Counted from the first letter of the stretch, positions 21,808-32,707 are shown. The stretch is DNA of 64,000 nt from an uncultured bacterium (GCA_963749495.1 CAVVMW010000001.1:448001-512000); one strand, 5' to 3'. Translations and numbers: made by a program. The notes: generated by a model not told the origin, from the sequence alone.

Positions 21808-23208
21808 ATGAATTTTGCCGAGCTGCGATTTTGGGAATACCTGGCGGTCGGCTTGGGTCTGATCGCCGGCATCCATTTCCTGGTCGCGCGGTTTTTTCCG
21901 GCTCAAGCGGTGTTCTTCGACAAGCTGGGCCTGGTCGGGCTGGGGTTGTCGCTCCTGCTGTGCGTCAGTTGGGTGACCTTCGCCATCTTCCTGGTGGTGG
22001 CCGTGGGGACCTATGTCGGCCTGGCGGGGATTTTGAAGCACCACCGGCGGCAGGCCCGGAGGTACTTGCTGGTGTTGATTCCGCTGCAACTGCTGCCGCT
22101 GTTCTGCACCAAGTACGCCGACTTCGTCGGCAACACAGTCCTGGGCCTGCACGCCGGGTTCCTGGCCGGCGTGGCGATACCGGTGGGGATTTCGTTCTAC
22201 AGCTTTCAGAAGGTGGCATTCGTCCTGGACACCCTGGCGTTCAACTCGCCGCTGCCCCGGTTCCTGGACTACATGAATTTCGCGGGGTTCTTTCCGCAGA
22301 TAGTCGCAGGCCCGATCAAGCGCCGGCGCGACCTGCTGCCGCAGATGGAATCGTTTCGCTGGCGCTGGCGGCCGGGGCAGATCAACGAAGGCGCCGGGTG
22401 GATTGCCCTGGGGCTCTTCTTCAAGTGCGTCCTGGCCGACAACCTGGCGTTCTATTTCGACCGCGGTCCGGCTGCCAATCCGTTGCTGGTCTGGCTGGCC
22501 AACCTCCTTTTTGGGCTGCGCATTTATTACGACTTTGCCGGTTACAGCCTGGTGGCGGTCGGCCTGGGGCGTTGCCTGGGGATCAAGCTGACCCTCAACT
22601 TCCTGAGCCCGTATTGCTCGAACAGCATCGTTGAATTCTGGAGGCGCTGGCACATTACCTTGAGCCAATGGTTCCGTGATTATCTCTATGTGCCGCTGGG
22701 CGGGGGCCGCGTGCGGTTCTGGGCGCTGAACGTCGCCGTGGTGTTCATCGTGTCCGGGATTTGGCACGGCGCGGGGTGGAACTTTGTCCTGTGGGGCGCC
22801 CTGCACGGCGGGTTCCTGATTGTCAATCGTCTTTGCCGGGGCCTAAGCGTCCCGCGCGCGCTGGGCTGGGGTTTGACGATGCTCTGCAGCTTTTTCGCCT
22901 GGCTTTGCTTTTATGAGACCAATACCAGGACGCTTTTGGCGAAACTGAAACTGCTGTTGACACCCTCCGCCTACGGCCCTGCCGCCTGGCGCGAGGCCTC
23001 GGCATACCTCGGATACGGCCACCGGGTGGTCCTGGGCGGCCTTCTCATCGCGGTCGCGGCAACGCTGGTGTTGGAATGGCTCTCCGTGAGCCGGCGCAAT
23101 GACCCCTACTATTACTTGCGACGCCCGGCCGTCCTGGCCGCCCTGGTCGCCTTAATGGTGTTCCTTGCCTCTGAAAAGACCAATGGCTTCATCTACTTCG
23201 CATTTTAA
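21808..23208 (+). CDS. MBOAT family polysaccharide O-acyltransferase (AlgI/PatA/DltB-like)
   Basis: PVGISFYSFQ, FFPQIVAGPI, DFAGYS, EFWRRWHITLSQWFRDYLYVPLGG, SGIWHGA; ends FIYFAF. Confidence 0.95.
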   Translation: MNFAELRFWEYLAVGLGLIAGIHFLVARFFPAQAVFFDKLGLVGLGLSLLLCVSWVTFAIFLVVAVGTYVGLAGILKHHRRQARRYLLVLIPLQLLPLFCTKYADFVGNTVLGLHAGFLAGVAIPVGISFYSFQKVAFVLDTLAFNSPLPRFLDYMNFAGFFPQIVAGPIKRRRDLLPQMESFRWRWRPGQINEGAGWIALGLFFKCVLADNLAFYFDRGPAANPLLVWLANLLFGLRIYYDFAGYSLVAVGLGRCLGIKLTLNFLSPYCSNSIVEFWRRWHITLSQWFRDYLYVPLGGGRVRFWALNVAVVFIVSGIWHGAGWNFVLWGALHGGFLIVNRLCRGLSVPRALGWGLTMLCSFFAWLCFYETNTRTLLAKLKLLLTPSAYGPAAWREASAYLGYGHRVVLGGLLIAVAATLVLEWLSVSRRNDPYYYLRRPAVLAALVALMVFLASEKTNGFIYFAF

Positions 23209-24205
23209 CCACACAAGGTTGTCGAGGGCCAACGCCGCGATTCCCTGGCTCGCCCTGAGACTCCTGGCCGTGGCGGCCGGCGCCTGGGTCCTCGCGGCCC
23301 TCTACACACTGCGGCTCAACCCCGAGGTGGCTTACGACCGCCACGCCCACGCCGTGAAGTGCGCCTGGGCCGCCAAACTCGAGACCGAGCGCCGCTCCAA
23401 AATCATCGTCTGTGGCGGCTCCAGTTGCCGGACCTCCATCAACGGCCAGCGCCTCCTGGACCGGCACAACCTCCCGGTGCTCAACCTCGGCATGGGTGCC
23501 AGCATCGGGGCCGAAGTGTTGACCCGCTACGCCCTGGGCTTCGCGCGGCCTGGGGACACCCTGGTCCTGGCCTTGGAACCGGGGCTGCTCATCAAGCCGA
23601 TTGAAATCGAGGCCGCCGGCGCCCAATTCGCCCTGGCCATCGGCCAGCCCGCGCTCCTGCGCGAACCGGAGCATGTCAACTGGCCCCGGGCGCTGCTCGA
23701 CCTGCGTCCCGGGGCCTACCATTGCTTCACGTTGCTGGGAAAGCTCGCCCTCCGGCAGGCCCTCTTCCGCTATCCTTGCTCGGACCTGCACCCCGACGGC
23801 TGGCAGGAGGTTGCCGCGCGCCTGCCCCTCCCGGAACTGGTTCCGGCCACGCTGCGTCTCTGCCCCGAGGCCGGCCCCTGGCTGGTCCGCCTCCGCGACA
23901 CCTGCGCACAGCGCGGCGTCCGGCTCGCCTATGCCTTGCCCTGGTATTACAGCCGCCCGGAGGACGCCCGGGCCTTCCGGCGCCAAAACGCGGGTTTCCT
24001 TCTCCAAGTCTCCCGCTATCTGCCGGTGTTGAAGGACCCGATGCTGGGCGCCTACACGGTCCGCGAGCATTACGCGGACACCGCCCTGCACCTGACGGCC
24101 GAGGGGGCAGCGGTCCGCAGCGATCGCTTCGCCGAGCAGATCAAGACGTGGGAAATGTGGCGCCCGGAGGAACTCCGCGCCGAGGCGGATGGCGGGGGGT
24201 CCTGA
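23165..24205 (+). CDS. Periplasmic SGNH-like partner of MBOAT (AlgJ/DltD-like)
   Basis: N-terminal TM, GGSS block, NLGMGA, C-terminal DTALHL; start uncertain. Confidence 0.7.
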   Translation: MPLKRPMASSTSHFNHTRLSRANAAIPWLALRLLAVAAGAWVLAALYTLRLNPEVAYDRHAHAVKCAWAAKLETERRSKIIVCGGSSCRTSINGQRLLDRHNLPVLNLGMGASIGAEVLTRYALGFARPGDTLVLALEPGLLIKPIEIEAAGAQFALAIGQPALLREPEHVNWPRALLDLRPGAYHCFTLLGKLALRQALFRYPCSDLHPDGWQEVAARLPLPELVPATLRLCPEAGPWLVRLRDTCAQRGVRLAYALPWYYSRPEDARAFRRQNAGFLLQVSRYLPVLKDPMLGAYTVREHYADTALHLTAEGAAVRSDRFAEQIKTWEMWRPEELRAEADGGGS

Positions 24206-24209
24206 ATCA

Positions 24210-24336
24210 AGGCTAAAGGCTAAAGGCTAAAGGCTAAAGTGCAGAGGCCAAAGGTGCATGAGGCAGCCAACAGGTGCTGACGACCCAGAGGACCGCGTTC
24301 CCGCGCTTCAGCCTTTAGCCTTTAGCCTTCAGCCTT
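24210..24336. repeat. Inverted heptamer tracts (AGGCTAA)4 ... (TT(T/C)AGCC)n
   Basis: 24210-24239 and 24307-24336 are approximate reverse complements. Confidence 0.8.
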
Positions 24337-24501
24337 CCAGCCAGAACCCAAATGCGGCGCAACAAATGTATAGCTATTTCGGGGACACCACACTAGCCTG
24401 TGCTCTCGTGTCGAGAAGCGCAGTAATCGAATTGGCGGCGGGCTGGGCCTGCGGGGAGCCTGATTGGGCCGGCAGCGGTTCGAGGGGGTCTGGATCGAGG
24501 C

Positions 24502-25732
24502 ATGAAGAAGTTTCTTGGCAACCTCATCAACCGGTTCGTGGTGGCCCCCAGTTCGGGGCAGCACTGGGATTTGCTCGATGGCCTGCGCGGGCTGGCGATT
24601 TTGATGGTGGTATTTTGCCACGGGGTGTTTGCCAATCCGCAGGGAGCGGGCTGGATGAACTGGCTGGCCTATCTGGCGTCGGGCGGCCACCTGGGCGTGC
24701 AGGTGTTTTTCGTCTTGTCGGGTTTCCTGATTGCCTACCCGTTCTGCCGGGCCCGGGCCGGGGACACGGCGGCGTGGTATGTGCCGGGCTACGTCACGCG
24801 CCGCCTGCTGAAGATCGTCCCGCCATTCTACCTGACCATCGTGTTGCTGTGCGCGGGCTATTTCTGGCGATACAGGGACATGGACTACGTGACGACGGGC
24901 GCCAAATGGGCGGTGGGCATCCCGCACTTGTTTTACGTGGCGCACCCCTTCAACTGGTCCTTCTGGAGCCTGTGGGCCGAGATCGGCTTTTACGTCCTGC
25001 TGCCCCTGGCCTTCTGGCTGACGCGCGGACGCGGGATGTGGTTTTGCGCCGGGGCCTTTGCCCTGCTGTTGTTTTCCGTTCCGCCGGTGACGCGCGCCTT
25101 GAGCTGGCCGGCGCCAGGACAACCCGGTCACTACATGCTCTATCTGGCCGGGCGATTTCCCAACGCCCTGACCAATTTTTCCTGGGGCGTCCTCTTCGCC
25201 GCCATTTATGCCGCCAACCGGCAGGACCTCGCCCGCTGGAGGCGCTGGGCGCGGCTGGGTTACATCGGGGCCGCGCTGTTGCCGGGCACGTTGTTGCTGT
25301 ACATGGTCCTGGCGCACCGGGCCGGCAACCTGGGCCTGGGCCGGGTGCAGAACGAGTGGATGCTCTTTCTGAGCGGGGTCTCCACGTTCCTGATCGCTCT
25401 TCTTCATGTTCGATCCGGGTTGCGCCGGCAACCGGGTTCTTTCCATGCCCGCTTTGCGCTATATCGGGCTCATCAGTTACGAGTGGTTCCTGCTGCACCA
25501 GCCGGCGCTCTGGGAATACCGCCTCTATATGGGCAGCGCCGGCGGGTCGCTGGCCCGTTACTGCCTGATTGTGTTCGCCCCGATGGTTGCCTCGTTGCTG
25601 GCGGCCAGCGCCATGTACCATTTCTTTTCCGCGCCGATCATCCGGTGGGGGCGGCGCCGACTCGAGGCCTCGCGCCAGCGCGCCCAGCCCGCCGTGCGGG
25701 CGGCCGTCCCGGCCGAGCAGCAGGGACGGTAG
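24502..25732 (+). CDS. Acyltransferase-3 (OafA/YrhL) family (apparent frameshift near 25400)
   Basis: LDGLRGLAIL, GVQVFFVLSGFL, RRLLKIVP and WSLWAEIGFY; second frame IGLISYEWFLLH. Confidence 0.88.
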
Positions 25733-25756
25733 CAGCGCCGAGGGGACGGGGCGCGT

Positions 25757-25890
25757 TGGATTGGTGGATTAGTGGATTAGTGGCAGAGCTTTGACGAGAA
25801 CGGGCAACACGACAAACGCTGCCACTCCGTGCGATCGCCCCCTTCCGGCCCCATCAATCCACTAATCCACTAATCCACCAATAATCCATT
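25757..25890. repeat. Inverted octamer tracts GTGGATTA / TAATCCAC
   Basis: About three units on each side, 25757-25783 and 25851-25890. Confidence 0.75.
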
Positions 25891-25962
25891 CTAAAGCGGG
25901 TTGCCTTCGCCCGCGGAGGTAGGATAGACTGGGCGCTGTCTCAGGCGACCGCCGGGTCATCC

Positions 25963-27114
25963 ATGCGCACCGCGTTGCACAGCGAAAAGTATTTTTTTGG
26001 GGCCGACATCCTGCGCGGCGTCGCCATCCTGTTGGTGGTGCTCTACCATTCCTTCGGGCGTCTCTATGGGTTCTACCTCCCGTGGAACGGGTATTGGCGG
26101 GACTTTCACCACCCGCCGAGCCAGGCCTTCATGTTCTGCTACCCGATTTCTTTCGGGTGGGCGGGAGTGGCCCTGTTTTTTGCGCTGAGCGGCTTCTGCA
26201 TCCATACCTCCTTTTTGCGCTCGCCGCGCTTTACGAGCGCCCAATTTTTCTGGCACCGCTTCTGGCGGATCTATCCCGCCTACCTGGTGGCGTTGGCCAG
26301 TCTTGCCTGCCTGGAAGGGCTGGACCTGACCGCTCCCGGGGCAGTCAAGCAGTTGTTGGCGCACGCCCTGCTGGTGCACAATCTCCATGGCGCGTCCCTG
26401 TTCGGGTTCAATCCCTCGTTTTGGAGCATCGCCACCGAGGTGCAGCTTTACCTGCTGTATCCGCTGTTGCTGCTGATGCGCCGCCGTTGGGGCATGGGCG
26501 GCTGCCTGGCGGTCACGTTCGCCGTCGGCCTGGCGGCGCGCGCGCTCGCGGTGGCCCTTTGGGGCCTGCCCGGGCACGTCATCAACACCGCCTTTAGTTG
26601 GCCGTTCATGAGCTGGTTCGATTGGACGCTGGGCGCTTACGTGGCCGAGCGCGCCGCCCAACAGCAGCGGGCCTTTCGCAACCACGCGCTTTGGCTGGCG
26701 GCCCTGGCCCCGGGCTTTGTCGTGAGCACGCTCTTCAAGCCGCTGATGATCTTCAGTTTCTGCCTGGCTGCGGCTGCTTCCGCAGTGGTCCTGGATTCGA
26801 TGGTGCGGCTGCGCTGGCGCAATAACCCGGTCTTGACCAGCCTTGCGTTTGTGGGGCTGGTCAGTTACTCGCTCTATCTGTGGCACCAGCCGTTGTTGGA
26901 GATGCTCCCCAGGTGGTTCGGGCGCCTGGCCCCGCCGTGGGCGGCGGGCCTGGCCAGCGCGGCGGCGATCGCCCTGGTGTCCTGCCTCTCCTACCGGTTG
27001 CTCGAGCGGGAGGGCAGCCGGCTGGGCAAGAGGCTCTGGGACCGCCTGGCCGCCCCGGCCAGGCCAGCCCCTCCCGCCCCGGTGGCCGTGCCGTCCCGCG
27101 ATCCGCCGCGGTGA
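25963..27114 (+). CDS. Acyltransferase-3 (OafA/YrhL) family
   Basis: DILRGVAIL, GVALFFALSGF, RFWRIYPAY, WSIATEVQLY and GLVSYSLYLWH. Confidence 0.92.
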   Translation: MRTALHSEKYFFGADILRGVAILLVVLYHSFGRLYGFYLPWNGYWRDFHHPPSQAFMFCYPISFGWAGVALFFALSGFCIHTSFLRSPRFTSAQFFWHRFWRIYPAYLVALASLACLEGLDLTAPGAVKQLLAHALLVHNLHGASLFGFNPSFWSIATEVQLYLLYPLLLLMRRRWGMGGCLAVTFAVGLAARALAVALWGLPGHVINTAFSWPFMSWFDWTLGAYVAERAAQQQRAFRNHALWLAALAPGFVVSTLFKPLMIFSFCLAAAASAVVLDSMVRLRWRNNPVLTSLAFVGLVSYSLYLWHQPLLEMLPRWFGRLAPPWAAGLASAAAIALVSCLSYRLLEREGSRLGKRLWDRLAAPARPAPPAPVAVPSRDPPR

Positions 27115-27224
27115 GGTTTCAAGTTTTTCCAGGCCCTCAGGCAAGCCCCAATCTCCGGCCCAAAGGGCCGGCAGAACCCAGCCCAAGAAAGGGGGCTCCT
27201 CATGAACCGACACCAAGTCCGAAG

Positions 27225-27309
27225 GTTTTGGACTGCCGCAGTCCTCTGCCGCCTTCGCGTCGCCAGCGAGGGGACACAAAAGCGGCAGAGGACTGCCGCA
27301 GTCCAAAAC
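27225..27309. repeat. Palindromic element family A, copy 2
   Basis: GTTTTGGACTGCCGCAGTCCTCTGCCGC...GCGGCAGAGGACTGCCGCAGTCCAAAAC; CCCAGGGC...GCCCTGGG hairpin follows at about 27410-27445. Confidence 0.9.
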
Positions 27310-27475
27310 GCTACGCGGGACGGGGACGCAACGTCGAGGTTCAGGGGCGCAAAGCGCGAATTCGTTTGGGGGATTCCTTCAGGGCGCCCGGCCTGTTTCC
27401 GTGGGCAAACCCAGGGCATCGGCCTGACGGCCTCAGCCCTGGGCTAGGTTCTAGCGGCCCCTTCGGGCCGCCAAG

Positions 27476-28510
27476 TTACTGGCCACCCCCTTCCTCCATT
27501 CCGCGCACCGTCTCAAAGAGCTTATGGGCAATCAGCTCGTTGCCTTGGGCGTTGAAATGGACCGGATCGGCGTCCAGGTAAAGCGCCCTGGGGTTGGGGG
27601 ATGCCGGCGGGTTCACCTCGACTAGCGGAACGCCCAGTTGCCGGCTGACCTGGCGCTGCACCTCCAGAATCGGGGGGGCATTGGTGCCCGCCAGGTCGTC
27701 GAGGATCGGCAGATACAGCAGGACCGGCTTGACGTGGTTGCTGCGGGCCAGTTCGCAAAGGGCCTGCACGTCCGACCGGAAAAGCCTCTCGGGCTGGTCC
27801 TGCTGCTGGGCCTTGGCAACAGTATCGGTGCGCGGATCCACGGGGATGAACTTGAGCCGATACCGTTCGTAGTAGGCCTTGAGCTTGACCTCGACAACGT
27901 AGTGATAGATGGCGAAGCGCCGGAGAAGGTTCTTGAGCCGCACCCGTCTCATGAACTGCTTCACAAAGGCCGGGCTGTTCCGCTCGGTGAACTGCGTCCA
28001 CAAATTGGCTCCGCCCACCACCAGGATGTCCGGGCCCCAGCGCAGTCCGGTTTCGCGCAAGAAGACTCGCATTTGGGAATAGGACCAGGCGTTGACGCCG
28101 GCGTTGATGACCTCGACGCGGTTGGAGCCGCCCGGTTGTTGCTGCAGCAGTTGCTGGAGCCGTTGCGAATAGGTCTCCGCCTCCGTCAGGCCCCAGCCGA
28201 AGGTCCGGGAATCTCCCAGCGATAGAATCCGAAGCGTGCCGGGCGGCTTGGGCACCTGGAACTCCGCCCCCCGCGTCCCGCGGGAGTTGATGCGGACCGG
28301 CTTGTGATCGATTTTCGTATAGCAGTTCTGGTTCGGCTTGAGCCTCCAGTACAAGGCCGGGTCCGGCTCGTAAATCTCCACGTTGCCGTATCCCCTGAGG
28401 CGCAAGAGCGCCTCGAACGCCGCCGCACAGAGCAGGAACACCGCCAGGGAGAGCCCCAGGTTCTGCGCCAATCGTTTCCAACGCGAGGACTTTGGCCGAG
28501 CCGTTTTCAT
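27476..28510 (-). CDS. SGNH/GDSL hydrolase family protein
   Basis: LGDSRTFG, VINAGV and DPVHFNAQGN; N-terminal TM. Confidence 0.9.
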   Translation of the reverse strand: MKTARPKSSRWKRLAQNLGLSLAVFLLCAAAFEALLRLRGYGNVEIYEPDPALYWRLKPNQNCYTKIDHKPVRINSRGTRGAEFQVPKPPGTLRILSLGDSRTFGWGLTEAETYSQRLQQLLQQQPGGSNRVEVINAGVNAWSYSQMRVFLRETGLRWGPDILVVGGANLWTQFTERNSPAFVKQFMRRVRLKNLLRRFAIYHYVVEVKLKAYYERYRLKFIPVDPRTDTVAKAQQQDQPERLFRSDVQALCELARSNHVKPVLLYLPILDDLAGTNAPPILEVQRQVSRQLGVPLVEVNPPASPNPRALYLDADPVHFNAQGNELIAHKLFETVRGMEEGGGQ

Positions 28511-29532
28511 GGTTCTGCCTCATCCTTGGCCGCCCCCTTCAGTTTCCATCCCAGGCGCAAGGCGGCCCGGCCCAGGGGCATGGCCGCCGAGCGCAGGCGG
28601 GCGAGCAGGGCATATCTGGACTTGAAGATCATCAGCGTCGAGACCTCCTGGCCTCCGAACCGGCGCTTGAAGTCCATCGTGCCGGCCAGGTTATAGGTCT
28701 TCATGCCTCGGGCCTTCCAGTAGCGCATCGAGTGCCATTGGAGCAATTCGTTGGGATGGAGGTTTTGGAACTGCTGCCAACTGGCGCCCGCCCAATAGAA
28801 GGCGGCCGGCTCCAGGCCGATAAACACGCCGGTGGCGGCGCACTGCCCGCCAGGGGCGCGGGCGCGCAGCAGCAGCAACCCGCCCGTGGGGGCCAGGTGC
28901 CGGATCAAGGCGCGCACGCGCTCAGCGCCGAAGTGGGGGACCATGCCCTGCTTGGCAAAGACCTCCTTGAACTGAGCGGCGAACTCATCGGCAAAGGCCT
29001 CGTCGTGGGCCTCCTCGACGACGACGCCGTGCTTTTGCGCGCGCCGGATGTCCCGGCGGCGGTAGCTGTTCATATTGTTGAGCAGTGCCTCCTCAGTCAG
29101 GGTCAGGTCGTTGACGATGGTGGCGTGGACCTCATGCTCGAAGCCCAGGCCCTGGATGTCGTCCATCGAGACGTGGGAATCGGTCACCTCCAGGTGGATG
29201 CACCCCAGGTCCTTGAAGGCCAAATGGGAGAGCGCCTCGATGGCGGTGCGCCGCGGCACGTCCGGGCGCAGGTTGAACCCCATGTAGGGCGTGGACCAAC
29301 CGCGAAACGGGCTGCCCAGTATTTTGAAGCCGAACTTGCGGATGAGCAGGCCGCTGAAGTATCCGAGCACCTCGTTCCCGGCCTTGAGCGCAGCCACCAC
29401 GGGTTGCCCGCGCTGGGTCTCGGCCAGGAAGGCGAGGTAAGCCGGGCACTGGTGCGGGATTCGATCCGGGAAGGCGCCCAGGGCCTGTGCCCAGGCGACA
29501 GGGTCGAATCTGATGTGTTCGAAGCGGGCCAT
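28507..29532 (-). CDS. GNAT family (FemAB/CelD-like) acyltransferase
   Basis: RRDIRRAQKHGV, HPNELLQW and DFKRRFGG. Confidence 0.85.
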   Translation of the reverse strand: MARFEHIRFDPVAWAQALGAFPDRIPHQCPAYLAFLAETQRGQPVVAALKAGNEVLGYFSGLLIRKFGFKILGSPFRGWSTPYMGFNLRPDVPRRTAIEALSHLAFKDLGCIHLEVTDSHVSMDDIQGLGFEHEVHATIVNDLTLTEEALLNNMNSYRRRDIRRAQKHGVVVEEAHDEAFADEFAAQFKEVFAKQGMVPHFGAERVRALIRHLAPTGGLLLLRARAPGGQCAATGVFIGLEPAAFYWAGASWQQFQNLHPNELLQWHSMRYWKARGMKTYNLAGTMDFKRRFGGQEVSTLMIFKSRYALLARLRSAAMPLGRAALRLGWKLKGAAKDEAEP

Positions 29533-29535
29533 CTC

Positions 29536-30267
29536 TCACGCTCCGCATTGGAACAGGTAAAAGGCCTGCCCCCAGTGGGCGGCCTGCCTGAGTGCCCGGT
29601 AGGACCCGGTCTCGGCAAAAACCGGCGCATAGCTGTCGCGCACGAGCATCCTCTCGGTAAAGATGACGGTCATCGTTTTGTTCAGGCTGCGGGCGCGCCC
29701 CGCCAGGGCATCCAGGACCTGGCGTGTCAACTTCCGGGAGAAGGGCCGGAACATCAGGAGCAGATCGGCCTCGGTCTGTCCGCAGTAGAGCAGGCCGTCC
29801 ATCTGGACGATGTCAATGGGGGCGAGCTTCCTTCGCGAGGGCAGGCGGCAGCGCGCGATGTTCTGGCGGGCGCCCTCGCACAGTTCGGCGGCCAGGTCCA
29901 CGCCGGTGACCTTCTCGAATCCATATTCGGCCGCCAGGATGCAGGCCCGGCCCAGGCCGCAGCCGACATCGACAAAGTGCAGGTTGCGGGGGAATCCGGA
30001 TTTTCTGAGGAACTTGCGGAAACCCCAGCCGTTGATGGGGCCGTACTGCGTGGCGTCGGCCAGCCTGGCGGGGTCAAAGGAGGTGGTGGGCAGGTAGATG
30101 ATCCCGCTGGTCCGAATCCGGTAGCGCCTGTCAAAGCCCTTCACGTATTTCTCGTCCAACGATGCCAGCAGCGTGGAGAGCGTCGCGGCTGGCCCTCCTT
30201 GCCGCAGGAGCTTGAGGAACCGTTGGGATGCCGAGCGGAGGGTGTGATGTCCCAGGAGACGCGACAT
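29536..30267 (-). CDS. Class I SAM-dependent methyltransferase
   Basis: FVDVGCGLGR and VTGVDLA; likely start MSRLL at 30267. Confidence 0.82.
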   Translation of the reverse strand: MSRLLGHHTLRSASQRFLKLLRQGGPAATLSTLLASLDEKYVKGFDRRYRIRTSGIIYLPTTSFDPARLADATQYGPINGWGFRKFLRKSGFPRNLHFVDVGCGLGRACILAAEYGFEKVTGVDLAAELCEGARQNIARCRLPSRRKLAPIDIVQMDGLLYCGQTEADLLLMFRPFSRKLTRQVLDALAGRARSLNKTMTVIFTERMLVRDSYAPVFAETGSYRALRQAAHWGQAFYLFQCGA

Positions 30268-30521
30268 AAAGAGGAAGCCGTGGGATGGGCTATAATGCGC
30301 GGACCCCCCACCCCGGCCTTCTCCCCATCCGATGGGCAGAGGGAGCATGGTTGGTCGCCACGGCTCGTAGGGCAGCCTGCGGATTGCGCAGTAAAACTGC
30401 AGCGTTGCGATGCACGATGGTGCTTTATAGAAGCGGGGAACGATCGGCAATGAAAAAAGCAATAAATGGGTTGCGTTGAGGGGCGCGTTTTGTGCTAATC
30501 TGGGCGCGAAATGACAATGCC

Positions 30522-32069
30522 ATGATCAGTTCCTCGACATTGCTGCACTCGTTGCTCGTGTATGGGGTGTGCCTGCCCCTGGCCGTGTTCCTGGGATACC
30601 TGCTGGCCACACCGCTGGACTTGACGACGTTCATGATGGTTTCGAGCGTCCTGTTCATCCTGATGATCCCGCTGTTCCTGCGCTGGCACCATGTTTGGCT
30701 CATCGCCTCGTGGAACATGAGCGCAGTCCTCTTCTTCCTGCCGGGCCGCCCGCAGGTGTGGATCGGGATGGCCGCCTTGAGCCTGGGCATCTCGATCCTC
30801 CAGTATGCCCTGAGCCGGGAACGGCGGTTTCTGTCGGTGGCCTCGGTGGGCTGGCCGTTGATTTTCCTGGCGGTGGTGGTTGTGGCGACGGCGCGGCTCA
30901 CCGGCAGCTTCGGCCTCCGCGCCTTGGGCGGCGAGATGCAGGGCGGCCGGCGTTATTTCCTGCTCGTGATCGCCGTCGTGGGCTACTTCGCAATGACCGC
31001 GCGCGCCATCCCTCGGGAGCGGGCGGGCCTCTATGTGGCGCTTTTCTTTCTGGGTTACGCGAGCATGGCCGTGGGCAACCTGGCGGGGCTGATCAGCCCA
31101 GCCTTCAACTTCCTGTTCTTCATCTTCCCGGTGGAGGACCTCTCGGCGCTGGTGTCCAACCCGGTGAACGTGAGCAGTACAATCATCATGCGCTCGGGCG
31201 GGCTGAACATGCTGGGGCTGGCGGTCGTTTGCGCGATGCTCGCGCGCTATAATCTGCGCGAGATCTTCACGGCGCGCGCCCCGGCCCGGATGCTGGTGCT
31301 CCTGGCCTTTGCGTTCGTCGGCCTGCTGGGCGGGTTTCGCTCGCTTATGGTCCAGTTGCTGCTCCTGGGCGGCGCGCTCTTCTGGTTGGAGGGCCTGCAC
31401 AAGACGCGCGCCGTGCCGATGCTCATGGTGATGCTGGTCCTGGCCGGGGGCTTTTTGGCCGGCTTTGCCAGGTCCCTCCCGCTCTCGATTCAGCGCACGG
31501 TGGCGTTCTTGCCCGTCGATATTGACCCACGCGTCAAACTGGACGCGCAATTCTCCAATGAATGGCGGCTGACAATGTGGCGGGAGGTCCTCCCGGACGT
31601 GCCGCGCTATATTTTGCTGGGCAAAGGCTACGGGTTCGACGCCAAGGACATGGACATCGCCAGGATGAACGCCCGGTTTGCGGCCTCCGCCGAAGGCAGC
31701 GAAGTGGTGGGCGACTACCACAACGGCCCGTTGTCCGTTATCATCCCCTTCGGGATTTTCGGGGTGCTCTTCTTTTTCTGGTTCATGGCGGCTTCGACAC
31801 GGGTCTTGTACCGAAATTACAAATACGGCGACCCCGACCTCCAGAAGATCAACACCTTCCTGTTTGCCTTCTTCGTTGCCAAGACGCTGTTTTTCATGAC
31901 GATCTTTGGCGCCCTCTACGTTGACCTGGCGATGTTCGCGGGGATTGTCGGGCTGAGCATCAGCCTGAACGGGGGCATGGCCGAACGTCGCGTGGCCGAG
32001 CCCCAGCCGGTGCAGATCCTCAACCGCTTCCGCCTGGCTCCCGGGGTGCGCAAACCGGTGGGCGCGTGA
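30522..32069 (+). CDS. O-antigen ligase/Wzy-like polymerase membrane protein
   Basis: Many TM segments; GGFRS, WRLTMW, LLGKGYG and DYHNGPLS. Confidence 0.8.
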   Translation: MISSSTLLHSLLVYGVCLPLAVFLGYLLATPLDLTTFMMVSSVLFILMIPLFLRWHHVWLIASWNMSAVLFFLPGRPQVWIGMAALSLGISILQYALSRERRFLSVASVGWPLIFLAVVVVATARLTGSFGLRALGGEMQGGRRYFLLVIAVVGYFAMTARAIPRERAGLYVALFFLGYASMAVGNLAGLISPAFNFLFFIFPVEDLSALVSNPVNVSSTIIMRSGGLNMLGLAVVCAMLARYNLREIFTARAPARMLVLLAFAFVGLLGGFRSLMVQLLLLGGALFWLEGLHKTRAVPMLMVMLVLAGGFLAGFARSLPLSIQRTVAFLPVDIDPRVKLDAQFSNEWRLTMWREVLPDVPRYILLGKGYGFDAKDMDIARMNARFAASAEGSEVVGDYHNGPLSVIIPFGIFGVLFFFWFMAASTRVLYRNYKYGDPDLQKINTFLFAFFVAKTLFFMTIFGALYVDLAMFAGIVGLSISLNGGMAERRVAEPQPVQILNRFRLAPGVRKPVGA

Positions 32070-32707
32070 GCAACCATACCCCGGCCACGTTGGTGGGCGT
32101 GCTGCTGGCGCGGGTGCGCCTGTGGCCGTCGCTGTTGTGGCGATGGGAGGCGCGGCTCAAAGGGGTGGAATTCGAGGGCCGCAGCGTGTTTCTGGGCCGG
32201 CCGCTGGTCAGCGTGAGCCGCGGGGCGCGCATCGTGCTGGGCGAGGGCGTGCGCATCGCCAGTTCGGTGCGGGCCAACCCGCTGGGTTGCTTTCAACCCT
32301 CCGCGCTCCGGGCGATGGCCCCCGGGGCGCTGCTCAGCCTCGGTCCCAGGGTGGGCATCAGCGCCACAGTCCTGTGCGCCGGCGCCTCGATCCAGGTCGG
32401 CGAGGGCACCATCATGGGGGCCGGCGTGATGGTCATCGACCACGATTTTCATCGCCCGGCCGGGGAGTGGGATTGGGCCGACGAACACCAGGCCAACGCC
32501 CGGCCAATCCAGATCGGCCGTGGCGTCTTCGTCGGCGCCCGCGCTATCATCCTCAAAGGTGTCACCATCGGCGACCGCGCGGTCATCGGCGCCGGCGCCG
32601 TGGTCACCCAGGATGTGCCCCCGCGCCACACTGCCGTCGGCAATCCCGCCCGCGTGCTGGAATGCTGCCCCGGAGGGGCTGCCGAGAATAGCCCAATGCC
32701 TGAGTGA
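32066..32707 (+). CDS. Hexapeptide-repeat (LbH) O-acetyltransferase
   Basis: DHDFH and IGRGVFVGARAIILKGVTIGDRAVIGAGAVVT..VP...AVGNPAR. Confidence 0.92.
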   Translation: MSNHTPATLVGVLLARVRLWPSLLWRWEARLKGVEFEGRSVFLGRPLVSVSRGARIVLGEGVRIASSVRANPLGCFQPSALRAMAPGALLSLGPRVGISATVLCAGASIQVGEGTIMGAGVMVIDHDFHRPAGEWDWADEHQANARPIQIGRGVFVGARAIILKGVTIGDRAVIGAGAVVTQDVPPRHTAVGNPARVLECCPGGAAENSPMPE

